From the IMG/VR virus record IMGVR_UViG_3300010354_009789: a stretch of DNA of 64,000 nt; one strand, written 5' to 3'. The notes beneath the pieces are model-generated. The model was not told the origin of the DNA, made no database searches, and was given only the letters and a program-made list of their open reading frames with translations. Source of the DNA: an uncultured virus (IMG/VR IMGVR_UViG_3300010354_009789). Its lineage: Duplodnaviria > Heunggongvirae > Uroviricota > Caudoviricetes. Below are positions 39,584 through 53,100 of this stretch, one piece after another. The position numbers were made by a program, and so were the translations under genes. Every line of letters begins with the position of its first letter. Positions within the stretch are counted from its first letter, which is position 1.

Positions 39584-41143
39584 TTAGAATTGCAAAATTA
39601 CTTTAATATCTTCTTTTTGATTGGATGATCTTGTAATAGATGGTCTATTATCAACATAAATGATATTTCCTGAATGTGGTTTTACTTCAGGATTAGACAA
39701 TCCACTGACAAAGGTTTGACCAAGATAATATGTCTTATTATTTATGACCGCACTCGCACCGTTAAATGTTGTATCAATATTAAAATATGTAATGCCATCA
39801 TTCTGATAGATTCTTGTATTTCCACTACCTGAAGTTGAAGTGGTAAAACCAATCAGATTAAAACCATACGATGGAGACGCATTCTGAGTGCCGTTCGTAT
39901 TAAATCCAACAAGGGATCTATCCTGCCAATACTTTAAAACACCAGTTACTTGATCATAAGAAATTACTCTTCCTACTGCTGTCTGGCCAGTTCCAACAGT
40001 TTGTGTGATGAAACTATCTGTCGAAAAAGTTGCCGAACTATAACCGGCGCCAGTCAATTTAATTGCATTTAAAGCAGATGCTTTTTCTGAAGTCAGCACA
40101 GTTGATGAATTGTATGCCTGAGGAGATTCTACTATTCCAATTCTGGCAATCTGGTTTCCAGTAATAAAATCTGGATTTTGGGTGTCATTTGAAATCCTGG
40201 TATAAATTAGAATACTATATGCACCAAGTTCTTTGTAAATATCTGCTCCATGCCCCCCTGCAGGGGGAATAATAACCTCAAACTGTGGAGAGGTTGTCCC
40301 TGTTGGAACACCTCCTGCAGCAAGATCTACAGTGCCATATGTATATCCAGATCCACCATTTGAAATTGTAATGCTTTCAACTGTGGAGTCGTTGTTAATA
40401 ACAATGGTTGCTTTTGCTCCAGATCCATCACCATTGATCGGAACATCAGAATATGTTACGTTTGGACTTCCTAGCGCAACTCCACGATTTTTGATGAGGA
40501 TTGTCTTTAATTGTCCACTAGTTTCTGCATTTTCCCTAATCGCAGCATTATCAGCGTTTGATGCCCAATCTTTGGGCACGGGAATGAAGTTCAAAGAATC
40601 AAATTTTACAATATCTGCCGGACTAATGGTATACAAATACTTCCAAATGTATCCATCACCACTATTACCAGCAGATCTGGGTTCCAAATCCGTGAATGTT
40701 GGTTCGTCAAGGGAGGGTCTTCCCTGAGAATTTTCTGGATCCTGTCCATTATTCAGACAGACATATACCCTAAAGTCACTATTAATCACATAATAGTTTG
40801 ATGAATATAGGCTAGTTGCGCCAGAGGGTTGAGAGGGGTTAGTTCTACTAACATTATGGCGATATATATCATAAGTAACTCCAGAAGTCCATTCATTTTT
40901 CCTGATGACCTGCTTAATGTCCTCAGGTTTAATCTTAATCATGGATATCATGGTATCCCAGTAATTATTCTCCTCATCAAAACTGTCCTTGGGTGCTGGG
41001 GGTGCAGAATCCCAGTCCGATTGAACTTCAGTCGCGTTTGGTAATCCAACAAAAACGTAATATGAATTTGATGAAGAGGAAACTTCGTTTACGAAGGTCT
41101 TCGCATTCAAAATTCTTAGTTGATCAGTGATGATGGCAGACAT
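39584..41143 (-). CDS. g8: Baseplate wedge subunit
   Basis: SAIITDQLR, DGYIWKYLY, SGNIIYVDNR, QKEDIK; late promoter at 41164-41170. Confidence 0.92.
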   Translation of the reverse strand: MSAIITDQLRILNAKTFVNEVSSSSNSYYVFVGLPNATEVQSDWDSAPPAPKDSFDEENNYWDTMISMIKIKPEDIKQVIRKNEWTSGVTYDIYRHNVSRTNPSQPSGATSLYSSNYYVINSDFRVYVCLNNGQDPENSQGRPSLDEPTFTDLEPRSAGNSGDGYIWKYLYTISPADIVKFDSLNFIPVPKDWASNADNAAIRENAETSGQLKTILIKNRGVALGSPNVTYSDVPINGDGSGAKATIVINNDSTVESITISNGGSGYTYGTVDLAAGGVPTGTTSPQFEVIIPPAGGHGADIYKELGAYSILIYTRISNDTQNPDFITGNQIARIGIVESPQAYNSSTVLTSEKASALNAIKLTGAGYSSATFSTDSFITQTVGTGQTAVGRVISYDQVTGVLKYWQDRSLVGFNTNGTQNASPSYGFNLIGFTTSTSGSGNTRIYQNDGITYFNIDTTFNGASAVINNKTYYLGQTFVSGLSNPEVKPHSGNIIYVDNRPSITRSSNQKEDIKVILQF

Positions 41144-41182
41144 TATTTCAAACAGGTTTTATTTATTTATCATGCCTCCGAA

Positions 41183-44100
41183 CTATGATTTATAACCTCT
41201 GAATCTAAGATTATTATATCTTCTAAGAACTGGGTATGTATTCTCATCAGTCACGGCGGTATTTCTTCTAACAGCAGTATGAGTTACTTTTGAATATTGA
41301 GTTAGATCCACGCCAGATTCTACCTGAGCACCCCACACAGCGAAAACCGCTTCATTAGAAGTTTCGCTATAGATAATAAAGTTATGTGCGGCAGATGCAG
41401 TGGCACTAAATGTAAATGATGCTCTATACCATCCGTTTGCTTGAGGAATTAACATTCTATTGACTGTTGATCCAGTTTTGCTTGAAATCGATGGAATTGG
41501 GGAGTCAAAATCAAGGGATACAGCAACACTTGTTCCAGTGTTTGATCCAAAATACATCTTTTCATTTCCAGAAATTGGCTTCACATAAACGCTATATGTG
41601 TAACTTGTTCCGGAAACAAGGGACGCAGTTGCCCTCAATAGTCCAGTATCAGATGCAGATGCTGTAATTTTTGTCCCATAAGATGATGAGAATGGTGCAA
41701 TATATTCAGTTTGACCTATACTGACACCGCCGGTATTTGTCCACCCACTTTCAAATTCACTGTATGTGAGAAGATTTTCTCCTCTATATGCGGCAATATT
41801 TGATTTGATGACTCTCTCCAAGTCATACAGTCTTCCCCAAGAATATTGTCCATAGTATGTGCTACGTCCAACCCCTGTTAGGAAATCGTTATAATTTGAA
41901 ACCTTAGTTGTAACTCTAGCAACCCATGTTACACCCATTCCAACCGCATCTGTCCTTGCGATAGAAACTGCGGCCGCCTTGAAAATATTATTCATAAATG
42001 TGGTGCCAATACCAAGAGGAGAGTCATCACTTTCAAGAGAAATTATTGAATTTCCAACATTGGAATCGTGAATGACAAAATAAAATCCAGTTTTAATGCC
42101 ACTAATTCCGGTAGTTGCAATACCAACTGTGCCATTTACATAAGTATCTCGCAGGAAAGAATTCTTTGGAATTACGAAATCGAATACCAATCCAGTAGTA
42201 ACACCCGCATATGATGTTGTGCCAATTCCGGAAATGATTCCAAAGTCCCCTTCGTAAGAAACTGACATTATCTCGCGATTAAATGATGGTTCGCTAAAAA
42301 TAACAGGTGGGGAATCTATTGAAGATACTCTCAAGTTTAATGTGGAACTAAGAACCAAATCTGTATTCTCATAATTGACAACATCTACATATAGTTCGTC
42401 ATCTACATGATAATTAAATCCTCCATTAGAAATTGCTACTGATAATAGTGACCCATTTATAATGGTAATGTTGCATAATGCATTGTGTCCCTCACTATAA
42501 GTATTTCTAAGTCTTACATTTGAGAATGTATATGCCAATCCTGTATTTGGCCATCCCGTTCCGGAAGATATGACTGAAAGTGATTGAATTGGAGCGTATG
42601 AGTATCCAATACCAGAATTTGAAATTGTCGCCCTAACAATAGAACCTGATGTTGTAACACCCACAGTTCCTGTTGCACGTGTATTTGAAATATTTCCAAA
42701 AGAAATTTCAGGAGTTTCGCCGGATTCGTATCCAACCCCACCATTAGTGATAGTAATGGATGTTATGGATCCAATTCCAGATACTGTGCATGTGGCTGAT
42801 GCACCAACAGTATATTTTGATTCGTGAATCAAAACATCTTGCTGCCTATTCTGTAATATTGTTGGATATTCTTTACTATGATCAAAGAATGTTTTTACAT
42901 TATCAACGAAAATTTCAGTTGATGCAGTAGAAACGTCTTTAATAATCTTTGCCGTTGGGAATATATTTGCTTCATAAAGTTCTCTATCCTTTCCAATTTC
43001 TTCTCCATCTATAATAAGATCGACGGTTTGTTTTGTCCAAGATAGTGGTCTTTCATATGTTTGATCTGGATTGATTCCGGCGCCATTATAGATATTGGTC
43101 GTAACCGCATCCGTTGAAACAATGTCAGTAACTAGTCTAGGATCTTCTTGGTATACGATATTTCCATCATTTAGAGTAACGGTGTCGCCCACCTTGATGC
43201 TGTCCAAAACTTCAACATCAATTGTATCAACTGAGGAAGTTCCCCTATAGAATAGGATTGAACATCTATCACCAAATCTTGGTGGAATGGAAAATCTGAG
43301 TGTAGATCCTCCATCAAATTGATATGCGTCTCCAGGCACCTGTAGCACATTATTGAGGAATACTAAAAGTAGAGCATCTTCGCGCACATCTGAACCAACG
43401 CGAGAACGTATGCTGATTCTTTCATTATTAATTGCCAGTGGGAAGTTGACATCAATATTGTTGAATAGAGATTCGATTGAATCCAAAACTTGCAAATCAC
43501 CAATGCTCCACCCAACGAACCTATCAGCAGATATTGATTCTACCGTTAATCTAAATTCCCTAAATGGTTTCGTTCTATCGGTGGGAATTCCGGCAAGTCC
43601 TCCAATAGGAACTGTCAATATTTCCCCATTGCCGTAAGCATACCCATAATTCTTAATTTCAAATGAAATTACGCTTGACCCACTTCCAACAACAAGATCA
43701 ATAGATGCTTCAGTTCCAAGTCCACTTGTTGGTGATGCTGATGAATAGCGAAGTGGAATATCACTATATGGCAGTGGATCATCAAAAATTACTAGAGGTG
43801 GATTTGTGTTAGTGTATCCAGATCCTGGATTTGTGATGACATAATTTGGAGAAATTCTACCGGCAACTATAGTGGTAAATCCAACAAACTGTGCATTTTT
43901 AATGGAAGTTTGTGCAACACTAATATTAACAAGACCAGCGGTTGGACTCTTAAGTTCGATATGAACAGGAGTTCCCGACGCAATAGAAACTGATGATCCG
44001 GATCCAACACCAATTCTAATAAATGTATTACCAACACTTACAATTGTTATATTGGTTAATGCGGCGCCAACGCTAATTTTATTAACTGAGGAGTATGCAA

Positions 44101-47100
44101 GTTTATTAATAACTGCCTCTGTATTTGCGATGTGAATTACAGTGGATCCAATACCAACTGGATGACTGATGGATGTTACAATATCATATTCTGAACTTGC
44201 TCTATATCCACCTCCAGTGTTTCCAATCGACAGGCTTTGAATTGTTCCTGCAACAGAAACTCTTGCAGTTGCACCCGCAGAAACACGCGCCTGATATCCA
44301 AATCCTTCAGTAGTTGCCACAGAAACAATTACTCCACCTCTAGGCAAAGATGTGGTATTTACATCAGAATTTGCTGCAGTGCGATCCCCAGTGAATCTGA
44401 TGGAAGTAATTCCAGAAACTTCTGAGAGTGCATAATCAATATTTTGTGGATTCTGGAAAACACTATTGAGCAATACAACTGCATTTCCGGTAGAAATTCC
44501 GGATATATCGTTCCTATTGCTTTGAAGTGAGAACTGACTGGAAATTCCATTAAATTTTTGTGATAGATCGTCAAAGACTACGTTTTTGGCGTAAGGATCC
44601 TCAGAAATTCCTGACCGTAGGAAAGTTCTTCCACTGAAGGATGAGCGAACATCCAATCCAACATAATCTTGCTCATCGGGTCTAGTTCCTCCAAGTTGCA
44701 GGTTGCCATATGGTGATTCCGCAAAGTGAATTGTATTATCAATAATATTATAATCTCCATATACCTTTCTAATGATACTTCCCGAAGTATGTGCAGAGGC
44801 AACTGATCCCAACCATCCTCTTCTTACCAGAACGTCATTAGTTACACCAAGATATCCAATCGCACGAATTGTAATAATTTCATTTCCAATTTGTGCAAAA
44901 TCCCCAGCGAAGAATGATGAAATTCCAGATAGAGTAATTACCTCTGCTGCACTTGAAGCTGGTGATGAAAGTGATGATGTGATTGCAGTTGATACGACTG
45001 GTGATTGGATGACGTTATCGAGGGAAATAATACACCTACTATTTTGTCTAATAGAAGTTAGAAGATGTTCCGTACCCACCCCAACATCAGTAATTGTAAG
45101 GTTTACGAAGTTTAGAGCATCTGCGGCAGTTGCTGCAAATTTGAATGTTGAATTGTCATTTTTAATAATGTAAACAGATGTTGGTAATTTATTTGTTGTC
45201 CCTACTCCTACTATTGAAGTTGTTGCAATTCCTATTGGAGAACCAGTATCTCCTGGATCGTAGACAATCTCTTCTCCTGTACTAAAGAAGTGGTTTGGTA
45301 GAAATATTGATGAATTTGATGCTATTATATCTTGTGCCGGATTAATCACTTTTTGGAATAATGGATATCCATCATAATACAGATCAAATGATTTCTTACG
45401 GGCCAACTCTGTTCCAGTGAATGTCCCATTCGTGTAGTCGATCGTTGATGTGGATCCAAGATTTACATCATTATCAACAATTGTACTTCTTGACGGACCA
45501 AGAGCAAACTGTATAACCCTAACATCTGCATTAATTCCAGGTGCTGGAACAAATGTCAATTCGGTGACAGTGGTTATGCCAGCACTTATAGTTCCCAATC
45601 CAGCGTTTGTTGCCAATGAAGCAAATTCCAATACCTGAGTATCAGTATCATCAGATGTAACCAGAACTTCTGATGTTTGATATTCATTATTTGTGGTGTC
45701 ATGCACGAGAACAATATAATAAGCACCTCGATAGAAACTTGTGTATTGTGCAACTTTTGTTGGGAGGGTTGTCGATGCAATAGAAGTGTGTGAGGTCTCA
45801 ACAATGGCACCTGGGAAGATGGTTGAACCAACACTAGTAGAAGAACCCGATATTGCTATTGTATCAATATTGAATTCATAATCTACAGCAGTTGTAGTAT
45901 TAGGAATAAACCACAAATCCAACCCAGATGGGGAGATATTTGCCATATATGTTCCCAATCCAACCTCAGCCGGTGAGCTCGAAGAGGCTAGATTATTAAA
46001 TTCCAATTGAATGATATCGGTGTCGTCATGAACTATAGAAACCTCACTATATTCAAAATATGATTGAGCGTTATTCGAGATTTGAATCATGAACTTCGCT
46101 GCTCTATATGTTGATGCAATGCCAACAACACTATTAGTTGTTCCCGCTCCGGCACCGGCAGAAATGGTTGTTGAGGATGACCTCATATCAACACACCCAA
46201 GTCCATAATATCCAGTTGTTGCCCCAGAATCATTCAATACAAGGGACACCCCACTCATCTCATAATCATTAACTTCTGATTTAATTGGATAGAAGAGTAG
46301 TTCGTTATTTCCATCAATATATCGATAATCAAAATCACCAAGATCAGTATCACTATAAACCTTTCCATATTGGTTGATATAACCCTGAGTATTGTATTGA
46401 AGAAGAGTTACTAATTGTACCTGTCTCTGAGTATCAAAGTTTGCAGATCTGTCTCCAACCCACATCATATATTTTTTCGTTCTTCCGGTTGAGAATCTAT
46501 CAGCCACTCCGTAATTTTCAACACCGGCAGCATTCGTAAATTCGTCGCTAATATCATCGATTAGCAAAACTCTATTTGATACTGCTTGAATATAATCCTG
46601 AATTACTTTGGTTTTAAATAAAATTTGATCAGATTTTAGATAATTATCTATATTCAGCACAGTTTCTGTGGCAAGATCAAAATCATAAACTGTATTCACA
46701 TTAACATCAGATATTAAATCTGCAAAGACTATAACATCACCATTACCTTGTGATGTCTGAATGCCACTAGTAACATCATCTATAGATGATTCAACTTGAA
46801 GATCGCTGAATTTTTTAAATCCTGCAGTATGATTTAAATTGCTTACTGCGTCATCCCATTTTGCAATTTCAATTTCGGACTTCAGAGAATATGAGAAATA
46901 TTGATAATAATCACTGTCATGAATTCTCTGCAATGTATCATTAAGGAATCCGGTATTGCTATTCCATCCCTTAGTAACAATTGATGATGCACCTATGTCA
47001 AAATTTGAATCATATGTGAAAACTTCTGTAATTTCAACTTCCAATCCAGTAACGCGAGATGTTAGTAAATCACCTGGATAAAAATTATCAACAGACGATA

Positions 47101-50100
47101 CCTTCAAATATTCATTAACATCATCCCAATAAATGACCGTTCCAACATTTAATCCAGAGATGACGGTTTCTCCCGGAGAGAATACTCCCTTTGTCAATGT
47201 CCAATTAAATACAGGGAACTCCTCATCAAGAATCACCTTTCCATAGGATTCTAATGCATTAAATGTTCCTGGCACATCTGATCCACTTAAATAATTGCTC
47301 AGATTGTATGTGATTGATGGATTAAGTCCTCCATAATCTGGATCTATATCAGTAATTGTAAACAGAGAATAATTATAATTTGCTGAATTGTATCCCTTTC
47401 CTGTTTGCGTAACTACAATGTTGCCAAATCTATCTTCAGTGGTAATTCCAACTGACGTATTTTCAATTAGAATTTTCTTTCCAATAGCAAATGGAAACTG
47501 TGATGGAACGCTGTATGTAGATGCTAGTGAAACTACAACATCCTTACTTAAATCATTGAATTCAATTGTTTTGATTTTTGTTCCATTGATGTTGTCAACT
47601 GGGATAATTTTTGGTTCTCCTTGCAGACGTGATGTATTACTAATAATATTAACATTGGTATCCCCAACTTTATAATCTAATTCAACCTCATACAAATATG
47701 TGTCATTTTTTGTGTCAATAACTACTAGATTTGGTGCAATAGTATAGTTTCTTCCGGAAGATGTGATACCAATTGATTCAAATGAATATGCTGGATTTAC
47801 CTTTAAAACATTTGGAAGAGTGGTTGTTGGTCTCAGAGATGCATCTGATGAATAATCATATCCAATATTGGAGAATGAGACCTTATTCAAGGTTCCAATA
47901 CTATCACTATTGACAATTAGGACTGCATTTTTACCAAAATCCGTGTCAATTGATGATATTTTGGGTAGATATTTGTAATTATTACCTCCGGAATTTATCT
48001 TAATTGATGCAATAGATCCAAATCCAGTTGGAGAATTAGTTGTATAACTGATGAAAGTATTGGTTACATCTGAAACAGTGTAAGAATCTACTTCCGGAGT
48101 TTTTCTAAACTGGAAATCAAAAGTTGTAGTAGTGGGAGTATCCTTGATCAAATATGAACCACTATATTGACTATTAACCAAGTTAATGGTATTGTTGCCA
48201 GAAACCTCTTTATCCACAGTCACTGGAACATCAGTAAGTGTATTTTGTGACAGATTGATAGGATCAATTAGATAATAAAGTATCTTTGGAACCTCATCAT
48301 TTATTGATAGAGTGACCTTGGCATCTATATCTACTCCAATATCCCCAGTTTTTGTAACTTCAAATGTGGAAGATGATTTAGTTGATAGAAACTTATTTTC
48401 AAATTCGCCATCAGTATATAAGTTAAATTCAAACGCACTCAGATTTGATAGTCCAAGTATATAAGATAGTGATGAATCTGACAAATCAAACTCAACTACA
48501 CTATTTTTAGTGAGAGTTAGTGGTGGATTAATCGGAGAAATTGTGCCCAAATCTTCCGATGTTATATCCACAGAAATGTCATTTAGGGATTCATAGCGGC
48601 TATTTGCAAGTTTAATTGTGTTGTTGTTGACAACAATTACATAATAAATTGTATCATCTATTAGACCACCTGGAGCTGATATTGAATTAAAGATGATTTT
48701 CTGTGCTGTGACAAACCCATGATTATGGATCCTAATTTCATCTGTGACAGAATTGACATCAGAGGAGATAAAATCAACTGGATTAGCAACCATTCTATTG
48801 TGTCTTGAGTTATACTTAATAACAATAGATGTCGTGATTCCAGATGTGACTGTTAGATTAATCCGATCTGCAACATTTAGACCATGAGTTGATGCAGTAG
48901 ATACTGTAACTGTTCTCTTTGTCGCACTTCCAATAAGAGGATTTGGCTGGATTTTTTTGAAACTGTGGTATGTGGAAGTTCCAAATCCAGTGAAATATAG
49001 TAGACTTGCACTTGGAGTCAATCCAAGACCCACAAACGACCCGGTAGTGCCTAATCCAACTCTTACCGTCGCAATACCAATAATATCATTTGTGATTTTA
49101 GCGGCATATACTTTAGTGTCGCTGGACAATGCATATGTTGAAACGCCAGCATTTATTGATACAATGATTCCCTGTCCACCATTTGAGTTGTAAATCAACT
49201 CATCTCCGGTATTAATATTGTGACCCGGAATATAAATGGATCTTGTTGGAATCTTTATCTGAGTAATTCCTGCACCTGGATTTGTAAACTTAAGTGTTGA
49301 GTTAATACCAACTCCACTTTGCGTGCCCAATCCAACAGATTCTGATGGATTAAAGTAATACTCTTTATCCAGTTGTGTTGCGTATGAGGTTGTTATGCCA
49401 AAATTAATGCCAAATTTCTTAGATTTTTCTGTAAGGGCAAATCCAACTGGAAGTGATGACACACCAGAAGTTCCATTTTGATTACGAAGAACTCTAATTC
49501 TTTGCGATAAAGTATCAATATTTAAGACTTTAACTTGCTCTTGTCCAAATTGATAAATATCATTCTCTCTAACATTGGGATACTCTAGATTTCCAGTTAC
49601 ATTTAGATATGTAGTTATTCCAGAAATTGTCGCTGCTACAGAAACTGATGTTAAGAATAGTCTATTTTCATCATATCTTATTGCATCAAATGAAGTGTTT
49701 TCCCCTTCAATATCAATCTGAACTTCATCAAGATTGGTGAGATTATGAATTGTCGATGAAAATCCAACAAATTTATATGGTTGATTTGGTGACGCCTTAA
49801 TGAACTGAATGTTGGATGTAACTGTAGATGCTAGGCTTATTTGAGATACATTTTTACCATTGATTAGATCAATCTCAGCAGCCGCACCATTACCATCGGT
49901 TCCTGAATTATCAAATACTAATTTGTCTCCTGAAGAATAGTTCTCCCCACCATCAATAATTTCAACATTGTTAATATCACCGGATCCAATATACTCCACT
50001 TTACCAAATGAGGATCTGAATACTTCCGGTCCTGGTAAAAATTCGTATGAAGTTTTTTCGGTTAAAAGTTTATACGGAGTTACGTTTCTTAGTAGACGAT

Positions 50101-53100
50101 TTTTTGCAATATCATAAGAATTTTGATTGCTTGCAGTTAAGAAATTAAATTCGATTGGCTTTGAGTGATATGTATTTCCAATTACATAGGGAAATTGTGG
50201 CTCTCTGAAGAATTTGAAGGGACCACTGTTGGCAAGGTTTCCTATTGTGCAGAAATATGCATATGTCCCATTTGGATATTCTGGGGTCACGCAGAATCTT
50301 CCATTATGCTCATCCAGATCTCCACTAGCATCATAAATGTAATCGTTCACAAAAAATCCAAGTGGATATTGTGATGGGCGATTTGAGTCTGCTGATACTA
50401 CATAACTGGAAATCATTCTCCTTACTGATCCAGGAGTAGATGGATCTGAATATCCATATGGACCGTAGATTGGATTTCCATCATATGCCCATCCAATAAT
50501 CGGGGAATGTGCTGTAGAATCCTTTTCATATCCATTATCTGCAAATGTCAAATCGGGTGTATAAGTCAATTGTCCCGAAATAAAGGATTCACTCAATACA
50601 GTCTTTCTCAGAGACCTTGGAGCATATGCATGACAATACTGCAGACCTATCTCCGAATTTAATCCCTGATCAATAATTCCATCATCATCAACTATATTTT
50701 TCTTTTCAATCAATCTCTTTACTAGATCAATCGTCCATGATTTAATCACTGCTTGGAATTTGGATCCCTGTCCAGTAGTTGCAACTGTAATTGACGTGTC
50801 ATTAATCTTATAATCGCGTCCAGTATCAACGATTGAAACGCCAACAATTACTCCGTTCTGGACTATTGGAGTCAATTTTGCTCCAGATCCAGATTTGGAA
50901 TTGACAGTTAAAATTGGATTTGTGTTATAATTCTTTCCGCCATTTGCAATAACAACGTTTGTAATTTTGCCACCAGAAATAATAGGGGTAATTTGGGCAT
51001 TTGTGCCAGAAACTATGCTGAAATTTGGTTGACGATTATGATTGAGAATTCCGGCCGATCCATAATTTGATCCATTGTTGGTCAAATGAACGCCATATAT
51101 TTCTCCAGAAAAGATCGGAATCAATTTCGCATTAAAATCCTGTCCAGATTCCGTGGACACACCAATCCTACCCCTCACATTTAATGTAATTGGCTCATAA
51201 TTAAACTCATGATATCCAGATCCAGATGAAGTTATGTCAACATGTTGCTTAGAGTTGTAATAAAATGCAAATGCAGTAACTCCAGTTCCAACAGATGACA
51301 ATCTGATCTGATCCTCATTAACTGCGGTTACAAAGTAACTTGTTCCAGAAACAAGTCCTCCGATCGGAGTTGCTGATGGATAATAAACTATTTTTTCCCC
51401 ACTCTTGTATCCATGAGATTGAATATTTAAAATATTAGCAGTGACATCAACATCTGCTGGTGTGCATCTAACCTTTCTTGTTTTATATCCGGATCCAGGA
51501 TCTGATATGGTTATAGAACCAATTTTTTTCTTTTTAATGGTTGATGTGAATGACTGCAAACCATAACCAAGGGAATCTAAAGATACTGTGTTAATTCCAG
51601 ATGCCGCATCAGATAGTGATTTGTGGAGACAAATTTTGGTACCACTGTGTCCAGATGGGAACGAAATGTAGTATGTTGAATTTGTGGTCAGTCCACTAAC
51701 AATTTGCTGATTTTCTGGATTATAAATTACCTGTTCATAATTTCTGAATCCATGATACGTGGAAAAACCAATAACATCAGTTGTTGTATTGACTCCAGAT
51801 GCTGATGATGAATTAAAAAATACTTTATGCGAAAATTCAATTAGATTTGCAATTGCTCTTGCACCTGATCCAGCACCACCAGTCAATTCGATGACTGGAT
51901 TCTCAATGAAGTCAAAACCGGGATTTTGAATGTCAACTCTAGATAATGATCCAGAAATTGACAAGTTGCCAGTTGCCCCAACACCAGATGGATCGCTGAT
52001 AATAAGTGTTGGTGGACTGATAATATCGTATCCAGTTCCACCAGCGGTTACTGCAACATCATCAATTGGACCATGATACACAAAGTTTCTGGATTTGTAA
52101 TTGATAATTTCAACCCCATTAATAAATATACCAATCTGTCCAGAAGGAGTTGTGTGCTCAGAATTGTCAAATTCTGGATTGGAGATTTTTCTTATTAATC
52201 TTTGAGATTCTACTGGTTGTTTCTGTAAATTTCGGAAAGAGAAATCAGTTAATTCTATTCTACTTTCATATCCAGGATTGATGGTTCCGGAGAATGATAC
52301 ATAGTATCCATCATTTCCTGTAAGATCCGCATTGAAAATATTATCACGTGATTTTGCAAGGCGAATCGATGTAGGGGAAATTACTCTTACAAAATAAATT
52401 CCCTCAGATGTGATTGAATTATCCTCATTCGCGGGCCTGTAGATTACAGAATCTCCGGTATAGAATGAATGTTCTGATTGGAAAACCAGATCCTTTCCAT
52501 TAAATGTTCCGGAAAATTCTATAGATCTATCCTCAAGATCCAAATTTTGTCCTAGGTATGTTGGAATTGAGGCAGATGTTACATACAATTCATCCTTGTC
52601 AGTTTCGCTACAATAAACATTCTGTACATTTGTATTGTATTGTATAATTTCTGGATATCTAACCGGATCATTGACTGCTGCCTTAAGCAAATTATTCTTA
52701 ATGGACTTAATTCTGTCTTTATTTGGAATCAAACCATTCTGAGTCACCTGAACAGTATTCTGATTAATGATGGATGAAACATATCCACCTGTAAATGTGG
52801 ACCCATCGGTTGCAATAAAAGTGACCTGATTTCCTAATTTAAAGTCATGATCGTCAAATGTAGAAACCGTATAGATGAAAGACGTTCCTGAAGGATCTGA
52901 TATTGAGGAAATATCGTAAACAACTGGAATATTAAAAATCCAATTATTTGCTTTTTTTGAAGTCAGGTTTTCACCAAGACTTTTAATGTTAATTCTATCT
53001 CCCGGAGAAAGTTGGACTGGTGGGTTTCCGGGTATTGTCAAATTGGAAATTACACCATTTACCCTAACTTCTATTTTTTCCCTCTCTAATCCACCATATC

